Source: an uncultured Chloroflexia bacterium (GTDB lineage: Bacteria > Chloroflexota > Anaerolineae > Anaerolineales > Anaerolineaceae). From it: a DNA stretch of 32,000 nt. Positions 1 to 7,721 of the stretch are shown one piece after another. Below the pieces are notes generated by a model that was given only the letters and a program-made list of their open reading frames with translations, was not told where the DNA came from and did not search any database. The position numbers and the translations under genes are program-made. Location: positions 2,880,001 through 2,912,000 of the forward strand of contig OY969938.1 of the NCBI GenBank assembly GCA_963704755.1, given 5' to 3'. Positions within the stretch are counted from its first letter, which is position 1; each line of letters opens with the position of its first letter.

Positions 1-372
1 TATCGTTGGTGTCTTGGTGGGTGTCACCGGGGTTGGCGTCTTGGAAGGCGTCACCGGTGTCGGCGACTTGGTATTGGTGGGTGTCACGGGTGTAGGAGTT
101 CTTGGAAGGCGTCACCGGGGTAGGCGTCTTGGAAGGCGTGACCGGTGTATGGGTTTTGGTCGGTGTCACCGGCGTGGGCGTCTTGGATGGGGTTACCGGC
201 GTCTTGGTAGGCGTCTTGGAGGGCGTGAATGTATGCGATGGGATCGGTGTTTTGGATGGTGTAAAGGACGGCGTCACCGGGGTCGGTGTCTTGGAGGGAG
301 TCACCGGAGTCTTGGTAGGGGTGTTGGAGGGTGTGAGTGTGATCGTAGGCGTCGAGGTCGCTTCAGGTGTCA
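1..372 (-). repeat. Coding tandem repeat, Pro/Thr/Ser/Lys-rich linker (TPSKTPTPV-like units)
   Basis: Recurrent cttgga[ag]gg[cg]gt[cg]accgg units on the + strand (e.g. 35-60, 101-120, 123-148, 178-230). On the - strand they read ...TPTKTPVTPSKTPTPVTPSFTPSKTPIPSHTFTPSKTPTKTPVTPSKTPTPVTPTKTHTPVTPSKTPTPVTPSK... Confidence 0.8.
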
Positions 373-2422
373 ATGGAACGAGATAGCGCCCGTCGATCAC
401 GACCGGTTCGCTATCGATACTGCCGGTGATCGTGTCTCCGGCCCAGCCGACCGCCAGGTTATCGTCGCCGGTATTTTCCTTCATCAGGGCTTCCATGTAA
501 TACAACTGGCCGGCTTGCAAATGAATGACCGCGGATTTTTGAGAACTGTATTTGTCCCATTCCTCTGAACCGGTATAGCCGCCGACCGAGCCGATCAACA
601 CCTTTTGGCTTGCACTCTGCCCGGCAGTATTCATATAGAGCGCCCCGTTGTCGTCGGAGGACACATAGAAGACGTAGTCTCCATCGTAGGGCGCGCACAG
701 GTAAGCGCGCATCCGGGTACCGTAATTGTCGTAATTTACATTTCTTCTGCCGCTGCGATAGGTCCAATTGATTGGGGCTTCGAAGGTGGTGGGGTAATTA
801 TTCCCATCCGGGTCGTTTGGATAACGCGGATTGGACGTCAAATCACTGACGGCGCCGCCGGAGATATTCAGCCACCACTGGCGTAACACTGACCCGGCTC
901 CGGTACAATAAGTGGCCGGCGGCGTTGCGGTGGGGGTTGGCTCGGGGGAAAGCGGTACCAGGTAGCGACCATCGATCACCACCGGGGTACTGTCCAGGCT
1001 GTCGGTAATGCCGGGGCCGGCCCAACCGATCGCCAGGTTATCGCCTCCGCCGCCCTCTTTGCTAAATGCTTCGATATAGTACAGGTGGCCGCGCTGTAGA
1101 TGCACCACCCCAGACTCCTGGGAAGCTTCCTTGCCCCACTGCTCCGAGTCAGTCCAATCGGGGACATAGGCGATCTGGCTGGCCCCACTGACGTTCTGGT
1201 CTGCGCTCATCAACAAAGAACCGTTGTCGTCCGAGGCGATATAGAAATGATAATCTCCGTCGTAAGGCGCACACAGGTATGCCTGCATCCGGGTACCATA
1301 CATATCGGCCCAATTGGTTGGGCCTTCGAAGCTGGGCAGGTAATCGGTGATATCCGGGTTATAGGGATAATTCGGGTCGCTGGTCAAATCGCTGATCGAT
1401 GTGCCGCCGATGTTTTCCCATACCTGATGCAAAACCGTTCCGGCGCCGTCACAGTAATAGGGTTCGGGTGTATTAGAAGGCAGAGGTGTATCCGAGGGTG
1501 GAGGCGGAGAAAGCGTCCAGAATGCCGCCTGGCCGATGGCGCCCGTCAGGCCGGTAACGCGTGAGGTACGGAATTTTTCGACCAGGCCTTCGCGCTGGGC
1601 GGTGATGCGCAGGGTTTGCCATTGGGCGCTCAGGAAGGGGGTAATCAAGGGGTGGCGATAGGTCAGCACAACCCGCACCCGGTCGCCTGGACCGCCGGCG
1701 TCATCCACGTAATGTTCGATGCCGGTCTGGGTAAACACGTTACCATCCACCGAGCCGATGGCCTGTTCGCAGTAATCGGGGAACTGGTAATCGTTCAGCT
1801 TGTCGGGGTCGTTGGGCGTGTAATAGAGCGGGTTGGGATCGAACTGGAAAACCTTATATTGATTCGAAGATCCCTCGACCGGCTCGACCCGGTTAGAGCA
1901 AACGGTCACATTGAAATAGCCGGGCAGGGCAGGGTCGCCGCGGTCCGTCTGGCTCAGGTCGCTGGTGGCGTAAGCGTTGGCCAGGTAAGCCTGGTAATCG
2001 CCGGATACATCCGATGCGTCGTCCCAGGCGATGCCGGTGGCGCCGGCCAGGGCCGCATCGCGGATCGACGGCAGGCGCGCCCAGTCCATCAGCGCATTGG
2101 TTTCGTCTTCCCAATTGGTAACCGATTGCGGCACCTGGCAATCGTAAGAGCCGTCCAGGATGTCATCACTTCCCAACCCCAGGGCTTCACCGGCGGCCTG
2201 GCAATAATCCGGGTTGTAGTTGCCGGTGATGGCGTAGCGGACGCCGAAGCGGGCGCCGTTTTCTAGCGCCAGCCAGGCTTGCAGGAAACGCCCAAATTCG
2301 ATGATGCCAAAGACCAGCATCAGCAAGAAAGGCAGTGCGATGGCAAATTCCACCAGGCTTTGAGCGCGCAGGCGGTTCCAGTTACGGATGATTTTGGGGG
2401 TGGTTGAATTCGGTTGGACCAT
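1..2422 (-). CDS. TadE-like N-terminal domain protein with two tandem PA14 domains and a Pro/Thr-rich repeat tail (3' end off-window)
   Basis: Not in the ORF track because it has no stop inside the window. Reverse-strand ATG at 2422-2420 with AAGGGAAAAG just upstream. My translation starts MVQPNSTTPKIIRNWNRLRAQSLVEFAIALPFLLMLVFGIIEFGRF (TadE-type hydrophobic N-terminus). Two modules of about 170 aa follow (approx 1465-965 and 915-380), each with YGTRM.AYLCAPYDGDY.FY..SDDNG ... DNLA.GWAG ... VVIDGRYLVPL (PA14-like). TPSKTPTPV-type repeats then run to position 1. The + strand ORFs listed here are antisense shadows. Confidence 0.8.
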   Translation of the reverse strand, partial: MVQPNSTTPKIIRNWNRLRAQSLVEFAIALPFLLMLVFGIIEFGRFLQAWLALENGARFGVRYAITGNYNPDYCQAAGEALGLGSDDILDGSYDCQVPQSVTNWEDETNALMDWARLPSIRDAALAGATGIAWDDASDVSGDYQAYLANAYATSDLSQTDRGDPALPGYFNVTVCSNRVEPVEGSSNQYKVFQFDPNPLYYTPNDPDKLNDYQFPDYCEQAIGSVDGNVFTQTGIEHYVDDAGGPGDRVRVVLTYRHPLITPFLSAQWQTLRITAQREGLVEKFRTSRVTGLTGAIGQAAFWTLSPPPPSDTPLPSNTPEPYYCDGAGTVLHQVWENIGGTSISDLTSDPNYPYNPDITDYLPSFEGPTNWADMYGTRMQAYLCAPYDGDYHFYIASDDNGSLLMSADQNVSGASQIAYVPDWTDSEQWGKEASQESGVVHLQRGHLYYIEAFSKEGGGGDNLAIGWAGPGITDSLDSTPVVIDGRYLVPLSPEPTPTATPPATYCTGAGSVLRQWWLNISGGAVSDLTSNPRYPNDPDGNNYPTTFEAPINWTYRSGRRNVNYDNYGTRMRAYLCAPYDGDYVFYVSSDDNGALYMNTAGQSASQKVLIGSVGGYTGSEEWDKYSSQKSAVIHLQAGQLYYMEALMKENTGDDNLAVGWAGDTITGSIDSEPVVIDGRYLVPLTPEATSTPTITLTPSNTPTKTPVTPSKTPTPVTPSFTPSKTPIPSHTFTPSKTPTKTPVTPSKTPTPVTPTKTHTPVTPSKTPTPVTPSKNSYTRDTHQYQVADTGDAFQDANPGDTHQDTND

Positions 2423-2448
2423 GTTCTTTTCCCTTTCGGCCCAGGCGG

Positions 2449-4374
2449 TTATTCGGTAATCCGGGTATAGATACGTGAGGCAATATCGTCGAAAATCTTG
2501 GCCAGGTCGCTCGAATTGGAAGTGTAATAATACTGTCCGCAGTTACGGCCGGCGGCAATACCGCTGCAAGGATCGGTGGTGCGGTCGCCGTCATCGCCGA
2601 CGGCGGCCATATAGCGCAGCAAAGGTTCAGCCGCGCTGTTTTCGAGTGGGACGTTTAACCCAATCGAATAGATCGCCAGGTCATTCCCCAATGGTTCGTT
2701 CGGGTTGGCCGATTTGGTCAAGGCGGCTTCATCGGTCATATCCATGGCGTAATCCACCGGAGTATACAGGCGGATTTGGTTCAGATTACCGGACGACACG
2801 TCGATTTTATCGGCGTTCGAGACATCGGCCGCACATTCTTCGATGTGGCGGTATTGGTGGGTCGGGTCGTCCGCCGGCGTATCGTAAAGGCAGTAGCGCG
2901 GCGATATTTCACGATCCATACAAAAAGTGTATGCCAGGTTACTTTCAAAAGCACCGCCGCAAAAGCCATCCGGCAGGGTAGGTGAGATCAGCCCGCCGGT
3001 ATCCGGGGTGTCTCCCATCCCTGTGCCACCGGAACCGGGGGTATCGCTCAGGTTAGCGGCGCCATCCGAGAGGAAGACCATCACCCAGACCGAACCCGGC
3101 CGTCCGTCCGCCTTGAACTGGTTGGAGGCTTCGCGCAACCCACAGCCGGTGCAGGTAGAAACCGGCGAGAAGGAGACCCCGCGGGTAGTTCCGCCACTTG
3201 GATTGTAATAAGGCTGGTAGTAATCGAAATACGCCTGGGTAGCGTTCGCGTCGGTTTGATCGTAGATGCCATCCTGGTTCCAGTCGTAGGCATCTTCCAC
3301 GTTTGGATCGTCGCAGGGTACCCCCCCCCAACCATACACGTCTGGTGCGCCTTCATCTACCGACCACCAGCGGTCGGCCAAAATCGTAGCATTAGCAGGA
3401 TTACTGAAATCCGGGCAAGTGTAGCCCAGCTTACCGGGGTCATCGTAATCGCGGCCATCCCCGTCCATATCATCCGGGTTGACCATGTTGATGGCGCCAT
3501 GGTCTTTCCAGTTTTCCCAAATGTAGTCGTAAGGTGGGTCATAGTGGACGGCAACCTGTTTCCACAGCTTCTCTTTAGCGGTCCCCAGATCTTCGGTCAG
3601 GCCGGTGATGACCCGTGATTGGGAATCAAACGTGACAATACCCACCCGGTCGTAGCCCTGGTACAGGGTGTCGATCAAACGTGAGGCCGCGTTTTTTGCG
3701 TCCCACATGGGCTGGCAAGCCGCGGAATTATCGGTCTGGCTCTGGGTCTGGTCGTTACAGCCAGCGGAAGGGTCGTTTGGGTTGTAGTTTTGCGGCACGT
3801 AGTTTCCGGTCTTGGCGCTCATCGACTCGGACACGTCGATGACCAGGATCAAATCTATCGGGGCGGCCTCGGCGATGGCGTTGGTGGAAAGGTTGACCGA
3901 GTGAAAGCCCAACAGGGAGAGAAAATAGAAAGGCGCCTTTTGGGTGGCCTGTACCCACACCAGCTTGCGCGGCGACTGTTCCGCGTTGGGGCAGCGCTCG
4001 TAAAATTGGGGAGCTTCGGTTTGCAGGGCAGCATCGCGAATCCCGTCGCCGTTTTCGTCGCAGATATAAACCTGTAAATCCACCGTGGTCAGGTCCACGT
4101 TTTGCAAGCGCAAGACTTCCTCGGCAGCCGCAGTCATCGAATTGACCGATTCGCCGCGCTTGAAGGTGTTGGCGGCCGCGACCGAGGCCGCATCCACCGC
4201 ACGCTTAAGCTGGCCGTAGGTGACGTACAACGAGCCGGCATCGATGGCCAGGCCGACGAAAAAGATCAGGACCAGCAGAGAAACGCCGAAGATGACCAGC
4301 ACCTGGCCACGGGTTTCAGGGGCGGAAACCTGGCCGGAAAACAATCGTTTTAAGGGGTTACGTTTAAGGGACAT
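2449..4374 (-). CDS. TadG-like (Tad/Flp pilus-assembly N-terminal domain) protein with von Willebrand factor A domain
   Basis: ORF 2449..4446. N-terminus ETRGQVLVIFGVSLLVLIFFVGLAIDAGSLYVTYGQLKRAVDAASVAAAN matches the TadG/Tad-domain pattern. LILVIDVSESMS is a DxSxS MIDAS motif, and the C-terminal end ...SSDLAKIFDDIASRI is typical of vWA. I prefer the ATG at 4374 (MSLKRNPLKRL...), which overlaps the upstream stop by 11 nt. TTG at 4446 and ATG at 4422 are alternatives, and none has a clear SD. Confidence 0.8.
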   Translation of the reverse strand: MSLKRNPLKRLFSGQVSAPETRGQVLVIFGVSLLVLIFFVGLAIDAGSLYVTYGQLKRAVDAASVAAANTFKRGESVNSMTAAAEEVLRLQNVDLTTVDLQVYICDENGDGIRDAALQTEAPQFYERCPNAEQSPRKLVWVQATQKAPFYFLSLLGFHSVNLSTNAIAEAAPIDLILVIDVSESMSAKTGNYVPQNYNPNDPSAGCNDQTQSQTDNSAACQPMWDAKNAASRLIDTLYQGYDRVGIVTFDSQSRVITGLTEDLGTAKEKLWKQVAVHYDPPYDYIWENWKDHGAINMVNPDDMDGDGRDYDDPGKLGYTCPDFSNPANATILADRWWSVDEGAPDVYGWGGVPCDDPNVEDAYDWNQDGIYDQTDANATQAYFDYYQPYYNPSGGTTRGVSFSPVSTCTGCGLREASNQFKADGRPGSVWVMVFLSDGAANLSDTPGSGGTGMGDTPDTGGLISPTLPDGFCGGAFESNLAYTFCMDREISPRYCLYDTPADDPTHQYRHIEECAADVSNADKIDVSSGNLNQIRLYTPVDYAMDMTDEAALTKSANPNEPLGNDLAIYSIGLNVPLENSAAEPLLRYMAAVGDDGDRTTDPCSGIAAGRNCGQYYYTSNSSDLAKIFDDIASRIYTRITE

Positions 4375-5242
4375 TTGTCGGAGTCGGTTGGGCCGCAGGG
4401 AGGGGCATGATGGTGTACGCATGAATTTGAAGGGGGTTAGGAACAAACTGGGTAAAGATGGGGATATTCAATACCTGGTGATAGCAGTAATACACTTCGA
4501 CGGCCACGAAACCACGGCCGGGAAGCAGATTGTCCTGGGTGAGTAGCTCGTTAACTTTCTCTTCGGTATAGTAAGGCTGGGTGCGGACGACTTCGCCGTC
4601 GCAATTTCTGGTCCAGTTGTCATTATTGGTTGAGTTGGCGTCGTTGTCTGAAAGGGCCCAGGGGCCTCCCGCGGGCTGAGAGCCGGTGACACATTGGTCT
4701 TGCCCCTCCGGGCAGGTCTTGTTTGTCCCAGCATAGCGGTCACTGGTAACGGTGAAGACGCTGATGACCACATCATCGGTGGCCGGGTTGATATACACAT
4801 AGGGATTTAGACCGTTACAAAAGCTGCTGGCTTCATTCCCCGCAGCATTGCGGTCGGCATTTAAATCCAGGGGGCACAGGCTGGTATTGTACGTCTCGGG
4901 GCTTTTGCCCTTGTCGTTAGTATCCGGTGGAGAAAGCACGCAGGCCGCGCTGAAGTAGAAGTTGTAATATTGGGGGTTGCCGCAATCAGGAATTAACCCA
5001 TTCGTAAATGTGGTTGGGTCTGGGTCACGCACCGAAGCAAACCGGGCCGCCTCGCGGGTCAGGTCCAGCAGGTCCAGGTAGCGACCGATAAAGATGACTA
5101 CTTCCACCAGGCCGAGCAGCAAGATCAATAGAATCGGTAAGACCAGGGCCAGCTCCAGAAAAGACTGCCCACGCTGGCCCGCCCTGGATGACCGGTTGTT
5201 AAATTTTCGAAAAATATGGCTGATTTTGAGTGGGTTGCCCAT
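4364..5242 (-). CDS. TadE-like protein with Cys-rich extracellular part
   Basis: ORF track 292 aa. N-terminus RGQSFLELALVLPILLILLLGLVEVVIFIGRY is a TadE-type segment with a G-x4-E arrangement. GGAG lies 4 nt upstream of the ATG at 5242. First gene of the minus-strand operon. Confidence 0.8.
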   Translation of the reverse strand: MGNPLKISHIFRKFNNRSSRAGQRGQSFLELALVLPILLILLLGLVEVVIFIGRYLDLLDLTREAARFASVRDPDPTTFTNGLIPDCGNPQYYNFYFSAACVLSPPDTNDKGKSPETYNTSLCPLDLNADRNAAGNEASSFCNGLNPYVYINPATDDVVISVFTVTSDRYAGTNKTCPEGQDQCVTGSQPAGGPWALSDNDANSTNNDNWTRNCDGEVVRTQPYYTEEKVNELLTQDNLLPGRGFVAVEVYYCYHQVLNIPIFTQFVPNPLQIHAYTIMPLPAAQPTPTNVP

Positions 5243-5281
5243 GCTACTCCATAAAGGGATGGGGAAAACGTGCAGATTTCA

Positions 5282-5310
5282 CACCAGATTTACATTAAAT
5301 GAAAATGAAC
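5282..5310 (-). promoter_or_regulatory. Candidate sigma70-type promoter for the TadE/TadG operon
   Basis: On the minus strand: TTGACT (5310-5305), 17-nt spacer, TAATGT (5287-5282). This is about 40 nt upstream of the ATG at 5242. Confidence 0.35.
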
Positions 5311-5557
5311 GACGAGTCAATGCCTTTGGTTAGTTTTTGGTTATTTGTACCTGGATTCGGACGGGTTTGTAACCGTTTTTAGACAATTCACCCAACCGCC
5401 GAATAGGTTTCCCGGTTTAAGTATAGGTCAGGATCGCCTGCCTGAAAACTGCTAAACAGGGGTTGTAAACCAATTGTAACCGGACTGATTTTGTCCGGAT
5501 AAATCCCTCCTCCCTTATCATAATTGTAAAGATTTCATTAATATTCTTCTTTAGCCC

Positions 5558-5586
5558 TTGACAGTTTGTAAAGCCGGCTATATATT
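5558..5586 (+). promoter_or_regulatory. Candidate sigma70-type promoter for the MarR gene
   Basis: TTGACA (5558-5563), 17-nt spacer gtttgtaaagccggcta, TATATT (5581-5586). This is about 34 nt upstream of the ATG at 5620. Confidence 0.5.
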
Positions 5587-5619
5587 TAAGCGCGTTTAAC
5601 GATTTAGAAAGGTTAAGGT

Positions 5620-6087
5620 ATGCAATCAAAAACTGAGGTGACTGAAATCTATAGTAAATGGATGCATATCTTTATGCACCAGTCCATGCGCAGTTTTATT
5701 CAGTACACCAAAGAAAGCGGGTTGACCATGTCGCAGGTCGGCGCCCTATTTCGAATCAACCAGGGAACCCCTTGCGGGATCAATGACATCGGCGATGAGT
5801 TAGGCGTGACCAGTGCGGCCGCCAGCCAGTTGGTCGACCGCCTGGTCCAGCAGGACCTGGTCATGCGCAATGAAGATCCGCACGACCGGCGGCTGAAGCA
5901 AATTGCCTTGACGGACAAGGGCCGTCAGGTGCTCAAGGGAACAATTCGGGCCCGCCAACTCTGGATGGAAGACCTGGTGGCTACAATGTCGGAACCAGAA
6001 CAAGCCGAAGTGGGCAGGACCTTTAACTTTCTGATTGAAAAATCTCGCCAGATGGATCCGATGGCTGAGCCAGAACCTGAACTTTAA
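5620..6087 (+). CDS. MarR family transcriptional regulator
   Basis: 155 aa. The winged-helix region MSQVGALFRINQGTPCGINDIGDELGVTSAAASQLVDRLVQQDLVMRNEDPHDRRLKQIALTDKGRQV has the typical MarR pattern (D.R...l.LT..G). It lies upstream of ABC exporter genes. Confidence 0.9.
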   Translation: MQSKTEVTEIYSKWMHIFMHQSMRSFIQYTKESGLTMSQVGALFRINQGTPCGINDIGDELGVTSAAASQLVDRLVQQDLVMRNEDPHDRRLKQIALTDKGRQVLKGTIRARQLWMEDLVATMSEPEQAEVGRTFNFLIEKSRQMDPMAEPEPEL

Positions 6088-6112
6088 GGATTGTCGGATA
6101 TACTGCTTTCTC

Positions 6113-6138
6113 CCGCTGCATTCACAGCGGCTTTATTC
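6113..6138 (+). terminator. Weak intrinsic terminator candidate after the MarR gene
   Basis: ccgctg (6113-6118), loop cattca, cagcgg (6125-6130), followed by ctttattc. The stem is only 6 bp. Confidence 0.3.
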
Positions 6139-6327
6139 AGGCTGCAATATTTCGTTTCGAGGGTAAACAACTCGAAGCAGAAATTATGCTGTACGAATTT
6201 TCAGGAGAACGATGACCGGGTTGAATTTTTAAACTAAACAATTTATCCGTTTTCGCTTCACAATTCCTACACATTTCCTTCTTATGATCTAAAATACCTG
6301 GTCTTGAAAAGAAATGGGTAAGAACAG

Positions 6328-6377
6328 CGAATTTGAGGTGTTTGCAGAGCTTCGCCTCCGCAAACACCTCAAATTCG
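6328..6377. repeat. Palindromic repeat element, copy 1 (18-bp arms)
   Basis: cgaatttgaggtgtttgc (6328-6345), 14-nt loop, gcaaacacctcaaattcg (6360-6377). The same arm sequence recurs at 26172-26228. Confidence 0.85.
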
Positions 6378-6542
6378 TGAACTGGTTACATGTATTTACA
6401 AATCTATTCTTGGAGTTTTTATGCAAAGGTGCTTATTAGGACCTCAAAATTACAATGACCGGCTCTGCCATAACGATCCACTGGACGGTATGTTGAAACG
6501 AGCCGCTACATCCAGCTTCAATCTCGAGGAGATCGTTAGGCC

Positions 6543-7721
6543 ATGCTAAGACTGGTCAAATATTTAAAACCTTACATCCTGCTGATCCTGCTCTCAATTG
6601 CCTTGCTGTTCGTCCAGGCCAATTGTGACCTGGCTTTGCCGGATTACATGTCCAACATTGTCAACAACGGCATCCAGCAGGGTGGCGTCGTGGATGCCGT
6701 CCCGAGCGCCATCCGACAGAGCGAAATGAACCGGCTGACCCTGTTCATGAGCGCCGATCAAAAAGCCGAGGTATTGGGCAACTATACCCTGGTGGACCAG
6801 AACTCGGCTGATTACAGCACTTATCTCAAAGATTACCCGGACCTGGCCAATGAACCGGTTTATGTCTTGAACCAGATCGACCAGGCTAAAAGAGATGTGC
6901 TGAATCCGGTATTGGGGAAATCGTTTCTGATCGTTTCTACCATCCAACAGGTGGTGGCGGACCCATCCAAAGCCTCTGAATTGGGAAGCGGTCTCAACTT
7001 TAACCTTTCCCAAATCCCGGCGGGAATGGACGTGTTCACCCTGTTGAGCCAGCTCCCGGCGGCGCAATTTTCCCAGATGACCGCGGCCATTGACCAGAAG
7101 TTCGGTTCGATGGATAACAGCCTGATCATCCAATCGGCCGTTGGGGCAGTCAAAGACGAATACAACGCGTTGGGTGTCGATACCGGCAAGATGCAGACCA
7201 ATTACATCATCCAGACCGGCGTCATTATGCTGCTGCTTTCGCTCTTGTCGGCTGCCTGTACGGTTTCGGTCGGCCTTTTGGCGGCGCGGACGGCTGCCGG
7301 TGTTTCCCGCGATTTGCGCAAGGGTGTGTTCGAACAGGTAGAGAGTTTCTCCAATACCGAGTTCGATCATTTCTCAACCGCATCGCTGATCACCCGAACG
7401 ACCAACGACATCACTCAGATCCAAATGGTGATCGTCCTGATGGTCCGCATGGTCTTCTATGCCCCTATCATGGGCGTAGGCGGAATCATCCGCGCCCTGG
7501 GCAAAGACTCCTCCATGTGGTGGATCATCGCCGTGGCCGTTTTGGTGTTGATCAGCCTGGTGATAGTGGTCTTCTCGCTCTCGTTACCGAAATTCCGCAT
7601 CATTCAGAAATTGATCGACCGGCTGAACCTGGTCACCCGCGAGAACCTGTCCGGTATGATGGTCATCCGGGCGTTCAACACCCAGAAATTTGAAGAAGAA
7701 TCGTTTCGACGTAGCCAATAA
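6543..7721 (+). CDS. ABC exporter (type IV fold TMD+NBD), N-terminal fragment with TM1-TM4 and a large extracytoplasmic insert; frameshifted
   Basis: ORF track 392 aa. It starts MLRLVKYLKPYILLILLSIALLF...ALPDYMSNIVNNGIQQGG, typical of ABC exporter TMDs. It ends ...MMVIRAFNTQKFEEESFRRSQ*, in the middle of the conserved RAFn..kfEe.rFd.aN.dL motif, which continues in the +1 frame. Confidence 0.85.
   Translation: MLRLVKYLKPYILLILLSIALLFVQANCDLALPDYMSNIVNNGIQQGGVVDAVPSAIRQSEMNRLTLFMSADQKAEVLGNYTLVDQNSADYSTYLKDYPDLANEPVYVLNQIDQAKRDVLNPVLGKSFLIVSTIQQVVADPSKASELGSGLNFNLSQIPAGMDVFTLLSQLPAAQFSQMTAAIDQKFGSMDNSLIIQSAVGAVKDEYNALGVDTGKMQTNYIIQTGVIMLLLSLLSAACTVSVGLLAARTAAGVSRDLRKGVFEQVESFSNTEFDHFSTASLITRTTNDITQIQMVIVLMVRMVFYAPIMGVGGIIRALGKDSSMWWIIAVAVLVLISLVIVVFSLSLPKFRIIQKLIDRLNLVTRENLSGMMVIRAFNTQKFEEESFRRSQ

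Noticed and set aside
14-568. Plus-strand ORFs 14..568 (184 aa) and 102..386 (94 aa), with Gly/Val/Arg-rich repetitive translations
   Set aside because: They are antisense readings of the PT-repeat tail of the minus-strand PA14 protein. The minus-strand frame gives coherent domain sequence continuous with 2422, whereas these give low-complexity GVTGVGVL strings.
605-2266. Plus-strand ORFs 605..886, 1100..1564 and 1616..2266
   Set aside because: They are shadow frames opposite the long minus-strand TadE/PA14 gene. They have no recognisable motifs, and open antisense frames of this kind are common in high-GC DNA.
5417-5629. 70-aa minus-strand ORF in the divergent promoter region
   Set aside because: It overlaps the MarR promoter and start codon. 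It is an AT-rich chance ORF with no SD.
6137-6367. 76-aa minus-strand ORF in the MarR-ABC spacer
   Set aside because: It runs through the palindromic repeat element and AT-rich spacer. It has no RBS and no recognisable features.
7683-7703. Programmed ribosomal frameshifting as the explanation for the split ABC gene
   Set aside because: A frame 0 to +1 change is needed. The only slippery-looking string (a aat ttg) is in phase with the wrong frame, and there is no stop-codon-stimulated +1 motif. A simple indel is more parsimonious.
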